From contig LSRY02000014.1 of the NCBI GenBank assembly GCA_001643675.2, positions 248,001-312,000 of the forward strand: a DNA stretch of 64,000 nt, read 5' to 3'. The DNA is from Monocercomonoides exilis PA203. Lineage: Eukaryota > Protista > Preaxostyla. This document shows, one piece after another, positions 1 to 14,400 of this stretch (positions are counted from its first letter, which is position 1; each line of letters starts with the position of its first letter). Under the pieces are notes generated by a model. It ran no database searches and was not told where the DNA came from. It saw only the letters and a program-made list of their open reading frames with translations. A program made the translations under genes and the position numbers.

Positions 1-670
1 AATTTTACGCACAACGACTTTAAGACAAAAGATAATTTTTAATTTCAATAAAAAAAGACTTTTATACTTCAATTATTTTTTAAAGGTTGAGGTATTTGTA
101 ATTTCAATTGAGAAATGGATGGTGGATTTGTCAATGATTTATATAAAAAATAATAATTATCAAAATAAAAAAATAATAATAATGAAAAGAAAGAAATGAT
201 AAGAAAAAAAAAATAAAACGAAAGCGGTGGCTAAAAGATTTTAAAACAAAGTGTAAAAAGAGACAAAATATCGTTAAAAATGCATTATCAACAGCCATAT
301 TAATGCACATGCAATGCTCATATTACCTCATGCATATATAATATCTATTAATTTTTAAGAAATTGCGTTCAGAAGAAGATTATTTGAAAATACAAGCGAA
401 TCTGTTCCATAGTCTCATTGCATCAAAATAAAGAAGATGTTGTAAAGGTAAAAATGATTGAGACGTGAAATAGGTTTATAAGCACTGCAAATGCATTGAT
501 TGAAATTCCAACTCTTCGATTCTTCAAGCCCGCTAATTGAAAAGATATTACCAAAACGAAAAATCATGGTGGGAGCGAATTCACAAGGAAAATAAAATTT
601 CCTTCTAGTAAGAAATAAAAGCAGTTCCACTACTAATTCTCTCAATTATTAATCACTGGCAAAAAAACGC

Positions 671-2648
671 TTACCAATCCACTTTATCTGCAAGTGATGT
701 ATCAAATATAATAGCCATGGCTAACGAGAAGATGCCAAATACGATTCCACACCAGAATGTCAACCAGGCAAGGAATACTCCGCACGAGCACCCAACAACC
801 TTCTTTTTCATTTGTGCTGTTCTCCTCAAAAACTCTTCAATTCCTTCTGGACGAGTTGTATTTGGATTTCTGTGTTCATTCACGAATCTTTCTGGAACAG
901 TGATGATCCTCCAATACATCATAGATGGAATGAGAAAAGCAACTGCAACACCCGCCGTTGAACCGAGGAAATCAAACACAAAGTTCACCTGACTCAAGAA
1001 AATAGCAAGAACCACAGCCAATGCAACCATGCATGATCCAATTATTGAAAACAGCCATGTCTTTCCTGTGAGGCAGCCATATTTCTTCTTATACCAGTCT
1101 GGCTCGCGTTCTAAATCACCATTATCATGAGAATCTCCTCGCTTGTTTTGGAGCTCTCTTTGTTGCTTCAATGCCTCCTCATCGTCTTCAGGTGCATAAT
1201 GCACGCTGGCTCCTTCAACGCTATCTGTGTTGATATGAGGTGAGCTTTCATACGATGCAACTACAACACGCCCAGAATCTGAGCTTGATTCGTTTTCACC
1301 CAACTCTTTGTCTGCTGCGCTCTGTTCATTCAAATTTTCGCTGTTGTTTTCTTTATCTCTTCTTTCTGCATCAGGATGTTCAACTAATTCCAATTGCATT
1401 GGACCAGTTTCTTTCACTTCTTCATATGTGGATACAACAGGCGTTCCAGTAGGTGACACAGTAGGATATGGGGATTGTGATCCCTCAGCCATAAGCTCCA
1501 CTTGTGATGGTGGTCGTGTGCTGTCATAGTCAGCACTTTCTGGATATGGCCTTACGCGATTTGACTTTGGATGACTGTTGCGCTCTCTCCACAAACGCCT
1601 AACAGCATTGATAATGTTGAAGAGTGCAATACGAGCAGGAAGTGAATTCATTGGGCAGCAGAAGACAACAGTCACCAGAGATGCAATACGTGCTGCAAAT
1701 ACCAGCCAGTCTCTATCGTTGTAAAGAGTTAAAATATTTCCTGACGTATCTTTGTTATCGAAAAACATTTGAGTAAACTGGATATAGCCAAAAATCCCCG
1801 CCATCATATAAAAGAATCCAACAATTGAAACTGAAATTAGTGTAATTTTCAGCATCGATTTTGTAGATTTTTCATGAATTTCTCCTTGAATAATTGGTAC
1901 ATTCTGTTGGCACCCAAATGCAAAGCATAACGTTGAAAAAGTTTGAATCATCGAAGGACTTGGGCGAACGGCTTCAACATACTCATGATTAACTTGATCA
2001 TCAAATGGAGAACAGAAACGAATAACAATAACAACAACGCAAAACATCATGGAAATCATCCCGAAGAATGAAGTGAAACGAAGTGAATTCAAAGACTGCA
2101 GCCATGAAAGCGGTTGTATAAGAATAAAGGCTATAATAATAATTATAAACCAACGCTGACAAAATATATTGTCGGCAGGGACGCCAACTCCTCGTAATAC
2201 AGATGGTATGAAATCTCCAATCAAAATGCAATACGACCAAAGAGGACCAAAGGTGTAGCTGAAATTGCACACTTCGACAATGATTGTTCCCCACACCCCA
2301 AAAATATTTTCAGCAAGCTTACAAAATAACAAGTTTCAAAATAAGCGAAGATCATCGTCAAAACAAGATTTATAAAAAGGAACAAACATCTCCGTATGTA
2401 TACATTCCCGTTGCCTCTGCCGCATATGTCAGAAAATAAAATGAGATCCAAGATAGGACACCCATCAAAAGATGTAAAATGATCGCAGGAACGAGCCCAG
2501 CCTTTGCATATGCAAGAGGAATCCCGAGCATACCGGCTCCAAGTGTTGAATTGACTAAACTAATAACAGCTGTTCCAAATGAAGCAGGCTTTTCTTCTTT
2601 TTTGTTTTCTACGTTTTGATCGACTTTAGTTTCATCAGTTTCACCCAT
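671..2648 (-). CDS. Amino-acid transporter, SLC38/AAAP (Aa_trans) family, ~635 aa, 2 exons (2648-2388, 2317-671)
   Basis: TM1 motif 'AVISLVNSTLGAGMLGIPLAYAKAG', plus 'PLSWLQSLNSLRFTS' and 'FAFGCQQNVPIIQGE', and many hydrophobic helices. ORFs 2370-2648 and 671-2332 join in frame through a 70-nt intron GTTTGT...GTAAG (2387-2318), giving YTYGD|LAEN. Confidence 0.92.
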
Positions 2649-3114
2649 GAATTCCGTTTCGAACAGGTGCTATTTGTAAGTTATGGGGAACAGATCAACG
2701 AATGTTGCTTTTCAAGTCATTTTCATAAATACCAATGCATAAGAAATTATCTCATTTATTCGATCCTTTTAGCAGAGTGATGATGTTGTCCAAGTTTTAT
2801 TCCTCAATTTTTAATTATTGTTAAAAAATAAATAAAAATTATAAAAAATTATTTTTTATTTAACGAAAATAAATTTTAAATAATTAAAAAGAAAATACAT
2901 GAAATACGATAACAAAAAAATTTGAAAAATATATTCTTTTGTATTTTAAAAAAATAATTAAAATAAAGTATCAATTCAGTTTTTAAAAATTCTCAAAGTT
3001 ATCCTTAAAGAAACACAAAAAATAATTTCATATTTGCTGTAACGAAGAAGATACTCATTGAAGTTGAAGTAGATCTGCTTAACAATGTGAAATGTTAAAG
3101 AGATGAGTATCAGC

Positions 3115-5083
3115 TTAAAACAGAGTCTGACTTTGAAACGCAATTGGCGGAGTTAAACCGTTATTAGGAAGTTTGGGGAGAGTAAAAGGATTCCACCAAC
3201 TAAGAGCATCCAAAAGATAAAAATAAAAATTGAGGAATGTATTAAAAATAACGAAAAAAAGAACGAACGAATGATAAAATGAGTATTTTCCAAAATAATT
3301 GACAATATCTTTTATTAGCAAACCTAATAACATTTGAGCCAAGATTAGCTTTACAATTCTTCCAAATGCCACCTTCGTCAAAATCACTGCAAAAAGGATC
3401 AGTGTTTGATTCAATTGTTGTGATATTGCGGGCAACAAGATAAATGTGAAAGATCAGAAGAAACAGTGAGGAGGCTGCAAGAGATATCACAAACACAACA
3501 CTGGAAAATAGAAACATGGATGTTCTTGTCGTGCCAAGAGGAGCAGGATCCTAATGATGTGCGCGAAGGTGATAAGGGGGAATAAATGTGGAAGACATAA
3601 AGTGAAATGCAAAAAGAAATTTATTTTATACATATTCATTAAATAAAAAGAAAAAAAATGAATAATAATCAGAAGAAGAAGAAAAGTGTTTATTCCTTAC
3701 TCAAACAAAAAACTTTTTCTTTTCCTTTTTCTAAACATTTACACACATCCCAAAGAACATTGCTTGTCAGCACAGAAAAGATTGAGCCTGCAACTGTGGT
3801 GTACAAAAGAAACAATATAAATGCTTTATGGTTCATTGCACCAATGCAATTTCCAACCCAAGGACCTGTTTTTAATGGAAATAAACAAAAAACAAAATTA
3901 TTAATGAATTAATGAAAAAAATTAATGCAATTTATATTGGAAAAGGAAATTCAAAGATAAACAATAACAACAGAAAAGAATAAAAGAAAAGAAAACAATG
4001 CACATAACATGATAATACGCTCAAATTCTTCACAATAAATATAAGAATCTCCACAAAAGATGGCATACAATGATGATCCATTTTGAGAACGCATCTCTTG
4101 CATATTGAGCAGTGGTGCGCGCGAAATGGTCTGACCTTGTGACATATATCGCAAAATGTGATATTTGTGGGCAGGGCATTAGAGGAAAGCGTATGTGAAT
4201 CTGAAGTTGGCGAAGTGATTTGCGAAGTGGATGAGGTTACTGCAGTCAAACTTTTTGTTTCTTCCGAAGAAAATGATAAATCTGAAGATGAACTGATTGA
4301 ATTTTCATTATTCCGTGAATGAGAACTTTTATTCGCATCATAATTTGCTGCAGCTTTAGTAGGTATATGCAATTGTATTGAAGCTCCGATAAAAGGAGAG
4401 GAATATGTTGTTGAATCTCTAGGCTTTAATATTTCAGGCTTTGGGATCTCTTCATTAGAAAGAAGCGGATCTGTGTCAAATACATTTTCATCTCCGCTTG
4501 TTTCTAGAGTTTGAAGTTGCTCAATATTTTCAGAATTTTGTACAGCAGCATCTTTACAATTTGCCATTGAGTCAATCATTTTTTCTTCTGACAATTCTAC
4601 AGCAATTTTGTTTGAAAATGGATGTCCAATGGGATATTGTTGACTTGCTTTTGTAATCCACCAATCTGGAATTGGACCAGGATCAATCCAACTTTTTGTC
4701 AAAAAAAAATCAAAAAATAAAAATGAATGAAAAATCACAAAATGCCAAACAAAGCAACATGGTATGCTCCAATTTCAAGAATCATAGCACAAGCGAAAAT
4801 TGAAGTAATAATTATCTGTAGCAAAAGACCACATTGATGAAGGTACGGAAAAAGCTTCCAAAAGAAAATTATTATCACAGAAACTTGAAAATATCTTTTC
4901 ATTTTTTTAAAAAAAAGAAAGGAAATGAGCATTTTTCAAATATGTTGAAAAATGCTTGTGAGTAAAGAATAAAACCAAAAAATAAGCAAACGTTACTAAT
5001 ATCATTGAAAAATATCCAGATAAATTACGACAACATTTTTCACGAGAACCGCAACGATAACAGCTGCCGCATAAAGAAGACAT
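3115..5083 (-). CDS. DHHC-family protein S-acyltransferase (palmitoyltransferase), about 6 exons
   Basis: DPG motif; Cys-rich domain '[28 protein letters not shown]' continues across intron 4068-3866 (GTATGC...ACAG) as '[20 protein letters not shown]'. TTxE motif 'NITTIE' and C-terminal '[11 protein letters not shown]...WWNPF'. ATG at 5083 (MSSLCGSC...). Other splice sites are approximate. Confidence 0.93.
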
Positions 5084-5475
5084 GATGCACCTACTTAAAT
5101 ACTCTCACCTTTTTATATCAAAAGCGGATTATGAAGGTTTATCACCCTCAAAATTACAAATAATAACGAAAAAAAATTATAACTCTTATCTAGATCTGAA
5201 AATAAACATTCTTTTAAAAAAGCACTTCTGAAAAAATAAAAATTAAAATAAAAAGTTAAAATTAAAGAAAATTGAAATTAAAAATACGCAAGAAAGAAAA
5301 TACATACTTTTTGTGTATTACACACGAAGTATTTATTATCACACAACAAATCTAAAAATCAAAGCAGAGAAAAGATTTCTCAAAAATAAAACGGTAATAA
5401 CGCTGCAATGAAAAATTGCTTGAGGTGAAATGAAATGATATTACTACAAAATGTTATTTTTTTCTAAAACAAAAT

Positions 5476-7248
5476 TCAAGATCTCGTATCAATAATTCTG
5501 ATGATATCTGAGCTTTCTTCACAACGTGATCGATGCCACGGCTGTTCGCCCGTCGCATATGTAAATGCATAGCACATATCAATCATACCTTCCCCTTCAA
5601 TTGCATCGACAACCTGTCGCTGAAGTTCTTCACACACATCAACACCTTGCGAAGACTTCAGAATTCTTTGCTTTAATTTTTGTACATATGCAAATGTCTT
5701 TTTCAGCCAGTTTTGATTATCCTGTCTTCGAACTCCATCGATGCGTCCCACTCTGCCAACCAAGCATTTAACAGCGTGCATGCATTGCGAAAGTACTTCG
5801 TCGTCGTCTTCCATCATGTCGACAGTCTCATTCACACGCACAACCTCCTCTCCACACACTTTCCTCACCACAAATGCAACACATCCAGCATCCGCCATCG
5901 CTTTCAGATCTTCCAATGAGCCTTTCTCAAAGCAGCTGGCAATCAGCCTCGCTCCATAAAATCGCTGAGTCGGCTCCAAATGATTAGATACGGTGCTGGT
6001 CGTCTGACAAAACTGCCTGAGAGCAGAAGAGCTCATACACAACGAATGGGCAAAAGCACTGTCTTCTCGGATCATCGACTCCAGAAGCTGAATCTGCCCA
6101 ATTATCGTCCACTCAACTTTCCTTTCAGAAAAACTGACTTCAACCTTCTTCGACTTCGATGCAGAGACGCTTTGCAATCTCCGATTTTTCTCTTCAATTG
6201 ACTGCTTCTCTTTGCGCAGGCGTTCAATGGCACTCGCAAATATTGACGGTATTTTGAGTTGTGACACCTCCTTTTTCGTTGCGCTGTCGTATGAATTGTG
6301 AAGTTCATGCAAAGTTCTCCACACAACATAACGAGAAGTTGAATATGCATGGACTTGAAGCTCTGGACATTTGGATATCTCAAACAATTCGCTTATAATT
6401 TTTGTTGACTTCAAAACCTTATAAGTTCCTATTTATTTAAAAAAAAAATAAAACAAAAATATAAATTTAAAGAGAAAAATCAGAACGTTACAAAGTTTTA
6501 ATTGATAATAAAAAAAATAACTTTATTACCCCATTCCTTTATCTGTCCAATTGCCATTATGAATGGCTCAGCTACATCACCCGTACGATCTTTTTTGAGA
6601 ACTTGCTTAAACTTGCATATCAATTGAGGTACTGTGCGGGACAAGAAATCATTAGGAAATGTTGCCCAACAAGGATTTAGAAGATGATACGCTGCGTAAA
6701 GAAGGAAAACATCATGCCTATGAACACGCGGTGTTGTTCGAGTTTTTCTATTTTTTTGAGCTAAAATCAATTGCTCAAGCGTTTTACATAATTTTGATTC
6801 ATGAAAGGGATGATCATGTTGCTTCCAAAAATCACAAATAACAAATTGCTTTCCAATTTGAATTAAAAGTGGTAAAACTACTCTCAATTTAAGTTTTTTT
6901 GTCGTAAGCATGGTGTCAATAGAATCAAAATGCTCTTTTCTAAATCTTCTGTCAAGATCATCAAAATCCATTTTCTTCACACAACTTATCATCAAGCTTA
7001 CCAAAATTTTCTGAAATCTGCTTTTAAACGATGATAAAGAATTAAGATATACTTCAAAAACAACAAAATAGTTTGTAAATTTGATGAACAATCTTTGAGA
7101 AGCACGTTAAATGCATACCAAAAAAGTACTTTGGACCGATAGAAAGTCGACGTATAGGCTTCACATCCGGTAATGAGCATGGTGCCTGTTTAATATCTTT
7201 TTCAAAATCATGTATTTGGGTTTTTTTATTCTCAATCTCTGGTTCCAT
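5476..7248 (-). CDS. Hypothetical, probably alpha-helical/ARM-like protein, ~534 aa, 3 exons (7248-7119, 7051-6530, 6428-5476)
   Basis: Three ORFs join in frame through introns 7118-7052 (GTATGC..GAAG) and 6529-6429 (GTAATA..ATAG); the spliced length of 1605 nt is divisible by 3. A possible 5'UTR intron lies at 7362-7260 (GTATGT..GTTAG). The fold is inferred only from the amphipathic pattern. Confidence 0.7.
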
Positions 7249-8533
7249 TGCCCAACTTACTAACAGAACCTTATAAATAACATCTTGTTAAGGGTTGGAT
7301 CAGAAAATGTGTTAACTCAAGTTCATTATATGTGTTATTTGTAAATCTCAAGAAATACATACAAATATATTTGAGCAGCAGACGCTATCTATTTTATTAG
7401 AAATACAAAAAATAGCTTCATTTTCGAAAATTATTAATTTTTTTGTAGATCTTTTTTTTTCAAATTCGAACAAAATGAAAAGAAGAAAAAGAAACAATAA
7501 TTAATTTCTTTTCATCAGATTCCGGTTGCGATTTTTAGTCAAAGAATGTTCAGTGCAGTTTTGATACATGAGCTTGTTTTTCGTTATCATTTTTCGCGAA
7601 AATATGTATTTTAACAATCTTGAATTTCAGATTTATTACGAAAATAGACAACTTGTAATAATTATCTTTTGATTTTTATTGCTTGGTGCTTTTATTTTCA
7701 ACATTTGAGAAACCATTTCTGCACCAAATCATTCTATTTACAACTGTCTTTGGTGCATTGAGGCTTCCGATGCTTTGGTTGAGTAAAAGAATGATCGATC
7801 ATTTGTACAGATAACTCATGAACTTCAATGGTTTTGGATTGAAATTCATCGTTTAAAACGTGAGAGTGAACATTATGCATGAAAGTGTATGGTCTCTCAA
7901 AAATTCAACACGGTGATAAGAATGGTACCACTTAAGAGTCATACGATTGCTCACTTTTTTATTCATATTTCGTCTTCAATCCGATTGATTATGAAAAAAA
8001 GAACTGAAACTGTCAAACAAAATCAGCAAATGACCTCACCATTTACTCATTGTAAATTCTTGCGAATCACAACACAACATATATGTGGAGAAATGTTGTA
8101 TGATCATGTTTTATAATGAACAAATAAGGAGCAATCAAAATTGAGAAGTTTCCGTTTACAATTAGAAGATTTTCAATCAGCATAATGAGGATATTTTGGT
8201 CATCCTTCTGTTTGTAAATACTGTATCAGCAACAGTTTAATTCATATTCAATTCAAACCACAGTATTCTCTAATGAATGAAATATTTCATAATTATTTAA
8301 ATTTTAACATTATTTTGTGAAATATTTGAATTTAAAAAACGTAAACGATGATAAAGGGGAGAAAAACGCTTAAAACACATAAATTTTACGCATTCAAAAA
8401 ACGCAGATTTAACGTTCACGAAAAACATAACAAAAAATTGAAAGCAGAAAAGTAAATCTATGCTCTAAATCATTGATTGCAAATGCAACCAAAATCCTGG
8501 TCTCAGTCATATGATTTCCTTACAGCACATGCT

Positions 8534-8747
8534 TCAGTAACAATCTTCCAAATCTAATGCCCCATGATCAAATTCATAATTATGATTTATGAAATCAAAG
8601 TGCTCATCTGCAAAATCCAAGATGAATTCATCATCAATCGCTACAAAATAAATAATTATGTAAAAAAGAACATAAAATATGGAGTTGAAAAATGTGCAAC
8701 ATACTAGATTCCTCATTTGGTCCAACCACATCCTCAACCTTATCCAT
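8534..8747 (-). CDS. Spliced 49-aa acidic microprotein (MDKVEDVVGPNEESTIDDEFILDFADEHFDFINHNYEFDHGALDLEDCY)
   Basis: ATG at 8747, exon 8747-8705, canonical 64-nt intron GTATGT...TTGTAG (8704-8641), exon 8640-8534 ending in TGA. Total is exactly 150 nt. Confidence 0.6.
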
Positions 8748-9314
8748 TTGTTCCGGTAAAGTTTTTATTTAGGTTTTTGTGATCCAAAAACGTTAAGGGA
8801 ATAAAAATTGATTGATTGATTATTATTTTTATTTATATTTATTGTTCAAAACACAAAATATCTTTTGTTCCCAACAAGATCGAGTCTAATAATAAAAAGA
8901 GACATGCAATTATCTGTGTCAATTTCCAAGTTCTGTTATCTTTTAATTCTATATTTCGTTATTTGCGACTTTGGAGATTGAGCTTTAGCTAAACTTTTCG
9001 AAAGGAAAATTTCTTTTACCTTTCAAATAAATGTCAAAAACTTTCATCTATAGAGAAACAAATCAACTTTTGTTTCAAATAAATAGAAAAATATATTTTG
9101 TTTAACATGTTTTCTATGAAAATTCGGCCTTTGCCTTCAAGTAGTTAATTGTGAACTAACCTTACGAATAAACGAGAAACAAAATACCTTTCAATAAAAT
9201 ATTTTAATAGGATGAAACATAACTGTATCAATCAATTAGAACAATAATGCAAAAAAAAAGTTGAAAAATCAGAAAAATAAAAACATAAACCACAAAATAA
9301 TAATAATCCTTTTT

Positions 9315-11387
9315 CTATGACCGCTTCTTCGTGCAATCACGAGAAATATGCCCCACCTGCCCGCACAAGAAGCAGACTCTGGTGTCTTCGAATGTGCATT
9401 CCTTTGACGTATGCCCCTTCCTCCCGCATCTGAAGCACGAATCTCTATCAACATCCATCCCTTGCTGTTTGTGTTTGGGGCAGTTCTTGAACTGATGCCC
9501 TCTTTCTCCACAATGATAGCACCTGTCAGCTGGGAAGGCAGAGAGAGAAACAGCAGCAGTCATTGAGGCAGAGGCAGAGGACAAAGAAGAAGAGGATGAA
9601 GGGTGGAGGGCGAAGGGAGGGTTGGCAGCAGACAGGACAGCGTCAGAGGAGACACCCATGTCAGAGAAGGGGCTGCCGTGCACGTTGGCAGCGAAGGTGG
9701 GGAGAGGAGGCTGAAGGGGAAGGGCAAGGAGAGGTGTTGAGGATACAGAACTGGAGGAAGAAGAAGAAGAAGAGGAAGTGGAAGAGGAAGAGGAAGAGGA
9801 GGCAGAAGAGGATGACAATGCGAAATGTGGTGTGGAAAGAAGAGCACTCTGATTGGAAGAGGAAGAAGAAGCAGATGAGACAGAAGAAGAAGAATGCTGA
9901 TTGAAATGTAAGAAGCGCTGAGGGTTGATGAGAGGAGGCTGCAGAGGAAGAGGAAGGAGCGGGGCATCGTCACTGAGATTCTTAGAGCCAGCTTCTTGTT
10001 TGGAGGGAGGAGGACGAGAAAGTGAGGGAATAGGATTAGATATTGAAGAGGTGTTTGAAGAAGAAGAAGAAGAAGAAGAGGAAGAGGAAGAAGAATTATC
10101 ATTTTGAGTTAGCTGATTGTGCAGTTGTGTCTGAGATGCCGCAGAAGAGATGGCTGAGCGGTGCATTCCATCATCAAAATGCTGAGTGGAAGAAGATTGA
10201 GACGAGGAAGGTGCAAATGGCGAAGTCTGATCAGAAAGAGCATTGCCTGCTGCTTCAGAAGAAGATGATGAGGGCATAAACGATGATGATATTTGTGGGT
10301 TTTGCTGACTGTTTGAGTGATTGGAAATGAAAGAGGAAGAAGAAGACAAAGAAGAAGAAGAAGATGCAAAAGCAACAGCAGCAGAAGAAGAAGGATTAGC
10401 AGAAGGAGAAGGCAGAATCGGCTGATTAGCAGAGAATTGGGAGATGTGCTTGGAGAAAGAGAAGACAGGAAAAGTTGGCTGGACAGAAGAGAAAGGAAGA
10501 GGAAGAGGAGCGCCTCCACCAGAGAAGGGCTGATGCATCGCAGAGGGGGCATTGGATGAGGGGAAAGGTAGATTAGAGGAAGAGGAAGAGGAAGAGGAAG
10601 AGGAAGGATTTACTGAAGAAAGAGAAGAAGATGAAGATGGTTGAAGAGAAGAAGGCGAGGAAGAAGAGAAGGAGAAGCTGAGAGATGGCTGACTAATCAA
10701 AGGATAAGAAGACATATTTGACTGAAGAAGAGGAGCAGATGGATTGATAGAATTAGAAGAAGAATTCAAAGAAGAAGAAGAAGATGATGATGATGACAAT
10801 GCTGTTGAAGCAGAAGAAGATGAAACAGAATGAGAAGATGGCACAAATGGCTTTGCCTGCAGTCTAAAGGGGGTGCCATGTGAAGACAAAGAAGAAGTCA
10901 AGCTGTTTGCAGAAGCAGAAGAAGACTCAGCTGAAGGAGCAAGAGAAGAAGAATACATTGATTGCTGTGCAGTTGGGGCTAATGGCTGGAAAGAAGGAAG
11001 TTTTGAGAGCATGTTTGAACGCTCTTGTTCAGCTGCTGATGGCAAAGAGGAAGAAGAAGACGATTGCAATGGGAAAGATTCAGATGCATTTGGTCTGGTT
11101 TTCTTGTTGTTTGCTTCTGCTCCATTCACATTGACATTGACATCTGCATTGCTATTTGTATTAGTATTAGCATTTATTTCATTGTCATCTCCTGTTTTCT
11201 TTCTTTCAGCATCTGAAGAAGCAGCATTTCCCTCAGAGTCAGCCACAATTGAAGCACCTGAAGAAGAAGATGTGTTCAGATCAAGCTGTCCAATGTTGAC
11301 AAATGTGGAGAGCTTTTCATTCTCCTCTGAAGTTTGATTGGATTCTTTCTTATTCGAAGAAGTGCTCTGAGAAGATGATGAAGAACC

Positions 11388-11420
<33 letters not shown>

Positions 11421-14400
11421 TGATGATGAAGCAGTTGTTGATGATTGCATTTGAGAAGAAGAAGAAGAAGAAGAATTTGATGTTTGATTAGAAGAAGAAG
11501 CAGCAGAAGAAGAAGAAGATTGCCAAGGGAGAGAGGTGGGAAGAGAAGGAGCAGCCTGTGTGGTTGTATTGAAATCGAGCAGATGGTCAGCTGAATTAGA
11601 GGAAGAATTAGCATTTGTGGATACGGTCGTTGTAGAAGTAGAAGCAGAAGCAGAAGAGGAGGAGGAGGAGGAGGAAGAAGAAGAAGAAGAAGAAGATGAG
11701 GAAGATGATGAAGCAGTAGCAGAAGAAGGAGAAGGAGAAGACATAAAGAGAGAAGAGCCGAATGTGATGGGCTTAGGGACAGATGAGGTGTTGGCGAATG
11801 GGGAAGCATAAGAAGTGCTCCATGTTGTTGAGAAAGGAGAAGTGGGAGAAGGAGAAAGAGAGAGAGAAGAAGAGAGAGAAGAAGAAGCAGCAGTCGAAGA
11901 AGAGGAAGAGGAAGAAGAAGAAGAAGAAGAGGAAGAAGAAGAAGAGAGTTGAACACCAGATGAAGCAGAAGCAAACGCAGAGGGTGTTTCAGGGGTGGAG
12001 GCAGAGAAGGAGGTGTAGTACGAAGGAGAAGCTAATGCCACGCCTACAGAAGGAGTGGAAGAGGAAGATATCGACTGGCCCAGTGGGAAAGGAGAGAGGG
12101 CGAAGGAGGAAGGGTAGGTGGGAGAGGAACCAGAGGGGAAAGAAGAAGGAAGGAAAGAAGAGCCGAGCATTGACGATGGAGCAAATGAGGAAGACAAAGC
12201 AGAAGCAGAAGAGGAAGAGGAGGAAGAGCCAGAGGAAGGCAGGCGGAACTGGTTCAGTGCGTTAGTGTTGCCCCATGAAGTAGGTCTGCCAGAGGAGAGG
12301 AAAGTGGGGGAGTCAGAAAGAAGGGAGCCCATAGGGGTGGTGGAGTGCATAGCAGGAGAGGTGGAAGGGAATGGCTGGGGAAAGAGAGTGGAGGAGGAGG
12401 AAGAGAGGGAGCCAGAGCTCATCTGCCGGCGGTGCTGGGTGGGAAGACGCTGGTTGGCTTGCTTGGAGGTGAGGGAAGAAGAAGGAGAGGCAGAAAGAGC
12501 AGAGTTTGCTTGAGAAGCTGACAGGAAAGAAGGCCCATTGAACAAAGAGCCGCTGCCACCAACAGAGGAAGGCAGGAAAGAGGAAGGGGTTGAGCCAAAG
12601 GAACTCATCCCATCTCTCCCCATCATCTCATTCCCCATCCTCCCATCTCCTCCAATGCCCCCGCTGTATCCATAGCTTGCTCCATATCCCATCCCATACG
12701 CAGCCACACCTGCCCCTGGGTGTTGGTGTTGGTGTTGGTGCGGATTAACATTCCAGCCACTCCCTGCTCCTTTGTTTGCCATGTGTGACTTGAGAAAAGA
12801 GGCTGCTGCTTGCTTTGTCTGGTTCGTGTCCTTCTCGTTGAGTGGAGTGGTGACAGCTGACAGTATCATCGATTGCAATGCCACATCGTTTTCTTCATCT
12901 GACTCATCAACTGCTTCATTGGAGCCAAAGTTTCCATTCTCTTTCTCTTCTTTCCCTCTTTTTGCCTTTGCCTTCATCTTCAGCTGTTGCTCATTCATTT
13001 GCTGTGTGCTTCCTCCAATTCCATCTCCCAAAAGAGAAGAAAACGGGGAGTATGCCAAAGATGTGTCTGTCTCTTCTGATGAGAAGTCAGATGTGTCTGA
13101 TGAATCTGTCGTATCTTCACTCTCTTTCTCTTCTTCCTCTTCATCCTCCTCCTCCTCCTCATCATCATCATCTTCTTCTTCATCTTCCTCACTCTTCTCT
13201 GAATCATCAGCTGTTGACTCCAAATAGCTGCTCCCAGACAGAGAAGAAGACGCAGACGAGGTCAAAGCTGTGCTTCTTTCGTCTCTTCCATTCAGAGAGT
13301 CAGAAAAAGAAGAGCCAACAGACGATTGAAGAGAGGAAGCTATGGATCCTTTGAAGATTGGACGGCAGTTTCCTTCGAGTGAAGATATGAATTCTTTGCC
13401 ACTGGTGGAATAAGAGCTGGATGAAGAAGAAGAAGAAGAGGAGGAGGAAGAAGAGGAAGAAGAGGAGGAAGAAGAAGAAGCAGAACGAGAATTCACTTTA
13501 GCATCAGAAGATGAATGAGAAACAAGTCTGAACTCCAAATTGTGAGTGCTGTCTAACAATTTTGAGCTGCCAATTTTGATTCCAGTTGTCTCTGCTGGTG
13601 CTGATTGAGAAGGGTTGATGAGAGAAGGAGAGAAGAGAGAGGAAGCAGAAGAAGAAGAAGCAGAAGCAGAAGAGGCAGAGGAAGAAGAGGTCGAAGCAGA
13701 CGATGCAGGAGAGGAAGAGTCTGAGACAGCAGAAACAGACAGAGGAGAAGAAGAAGAGAGAGAAGAAGAAGGAACACACACAGAAGCTGGCTGGGAGACA
13801 GAGAATGAAGGTGACAAATGAGCCAAAGGAAGAATGCTGCTGCTATTTCCCAGTGGAGACGAAGACAAAGAAGAAGCAGAAGAACCGGGTGTAGCTGAGA
13901 CAGAGGTGCGGTTCTCAGCAGACTCAGACATTCGGAGAAGACTTTCTGCTTCGTGTGTGTCTTCGCTGTTGTCAGAAGAATAGCAGTCAAATGATACCAT
14001 CATCACTTCCTTCTGTTTGGGGTTGCCAATCATGAAGGAGGTGAATGGGGCTTTTGAGGACTTGTCTTTGTCTTTCTCTCTTTTATCGGATGATTTGTCA
14101 TTCATTGCGCATTTGGAAGAAGAAGAGGTAGACGAAGAAGATCCATCTAACACAGCAGAAGTTGTTCCAATGGCAGACTCAATTGCAGCTGGCAGATCAG
14201 CCATTGAGTCAGCCAAGCTGTGCTTTCTCTTCCTCTTCTTCTGCTTCCTCTTCTTCTTGTTCTTGTTCTCCTTGTTGTGCTCTTCTCTTCTCTTTGCCCT
14301 TTCCATCTCTCTTTGCAATGCTGCTTCCTTTGCCAGTACATCAGGTGGAGGAAGAGAGAAAGAAGGAGCACACGGCGGATAAGCAGCAGCAGAAGAGGAA

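Noticed and set aside
7500-8280. Possible intron-rich plus-strand gene (several GT/AG-like sites, ATG at 7546)
   Set aside because: I could not assemble a convincing ORF; it needs RNA data.
9315-9530. CCHC knuckles as a retrotransposon gag
   Set aside because: No protease, RT, integrase, LTR or poly-A tail nearby.
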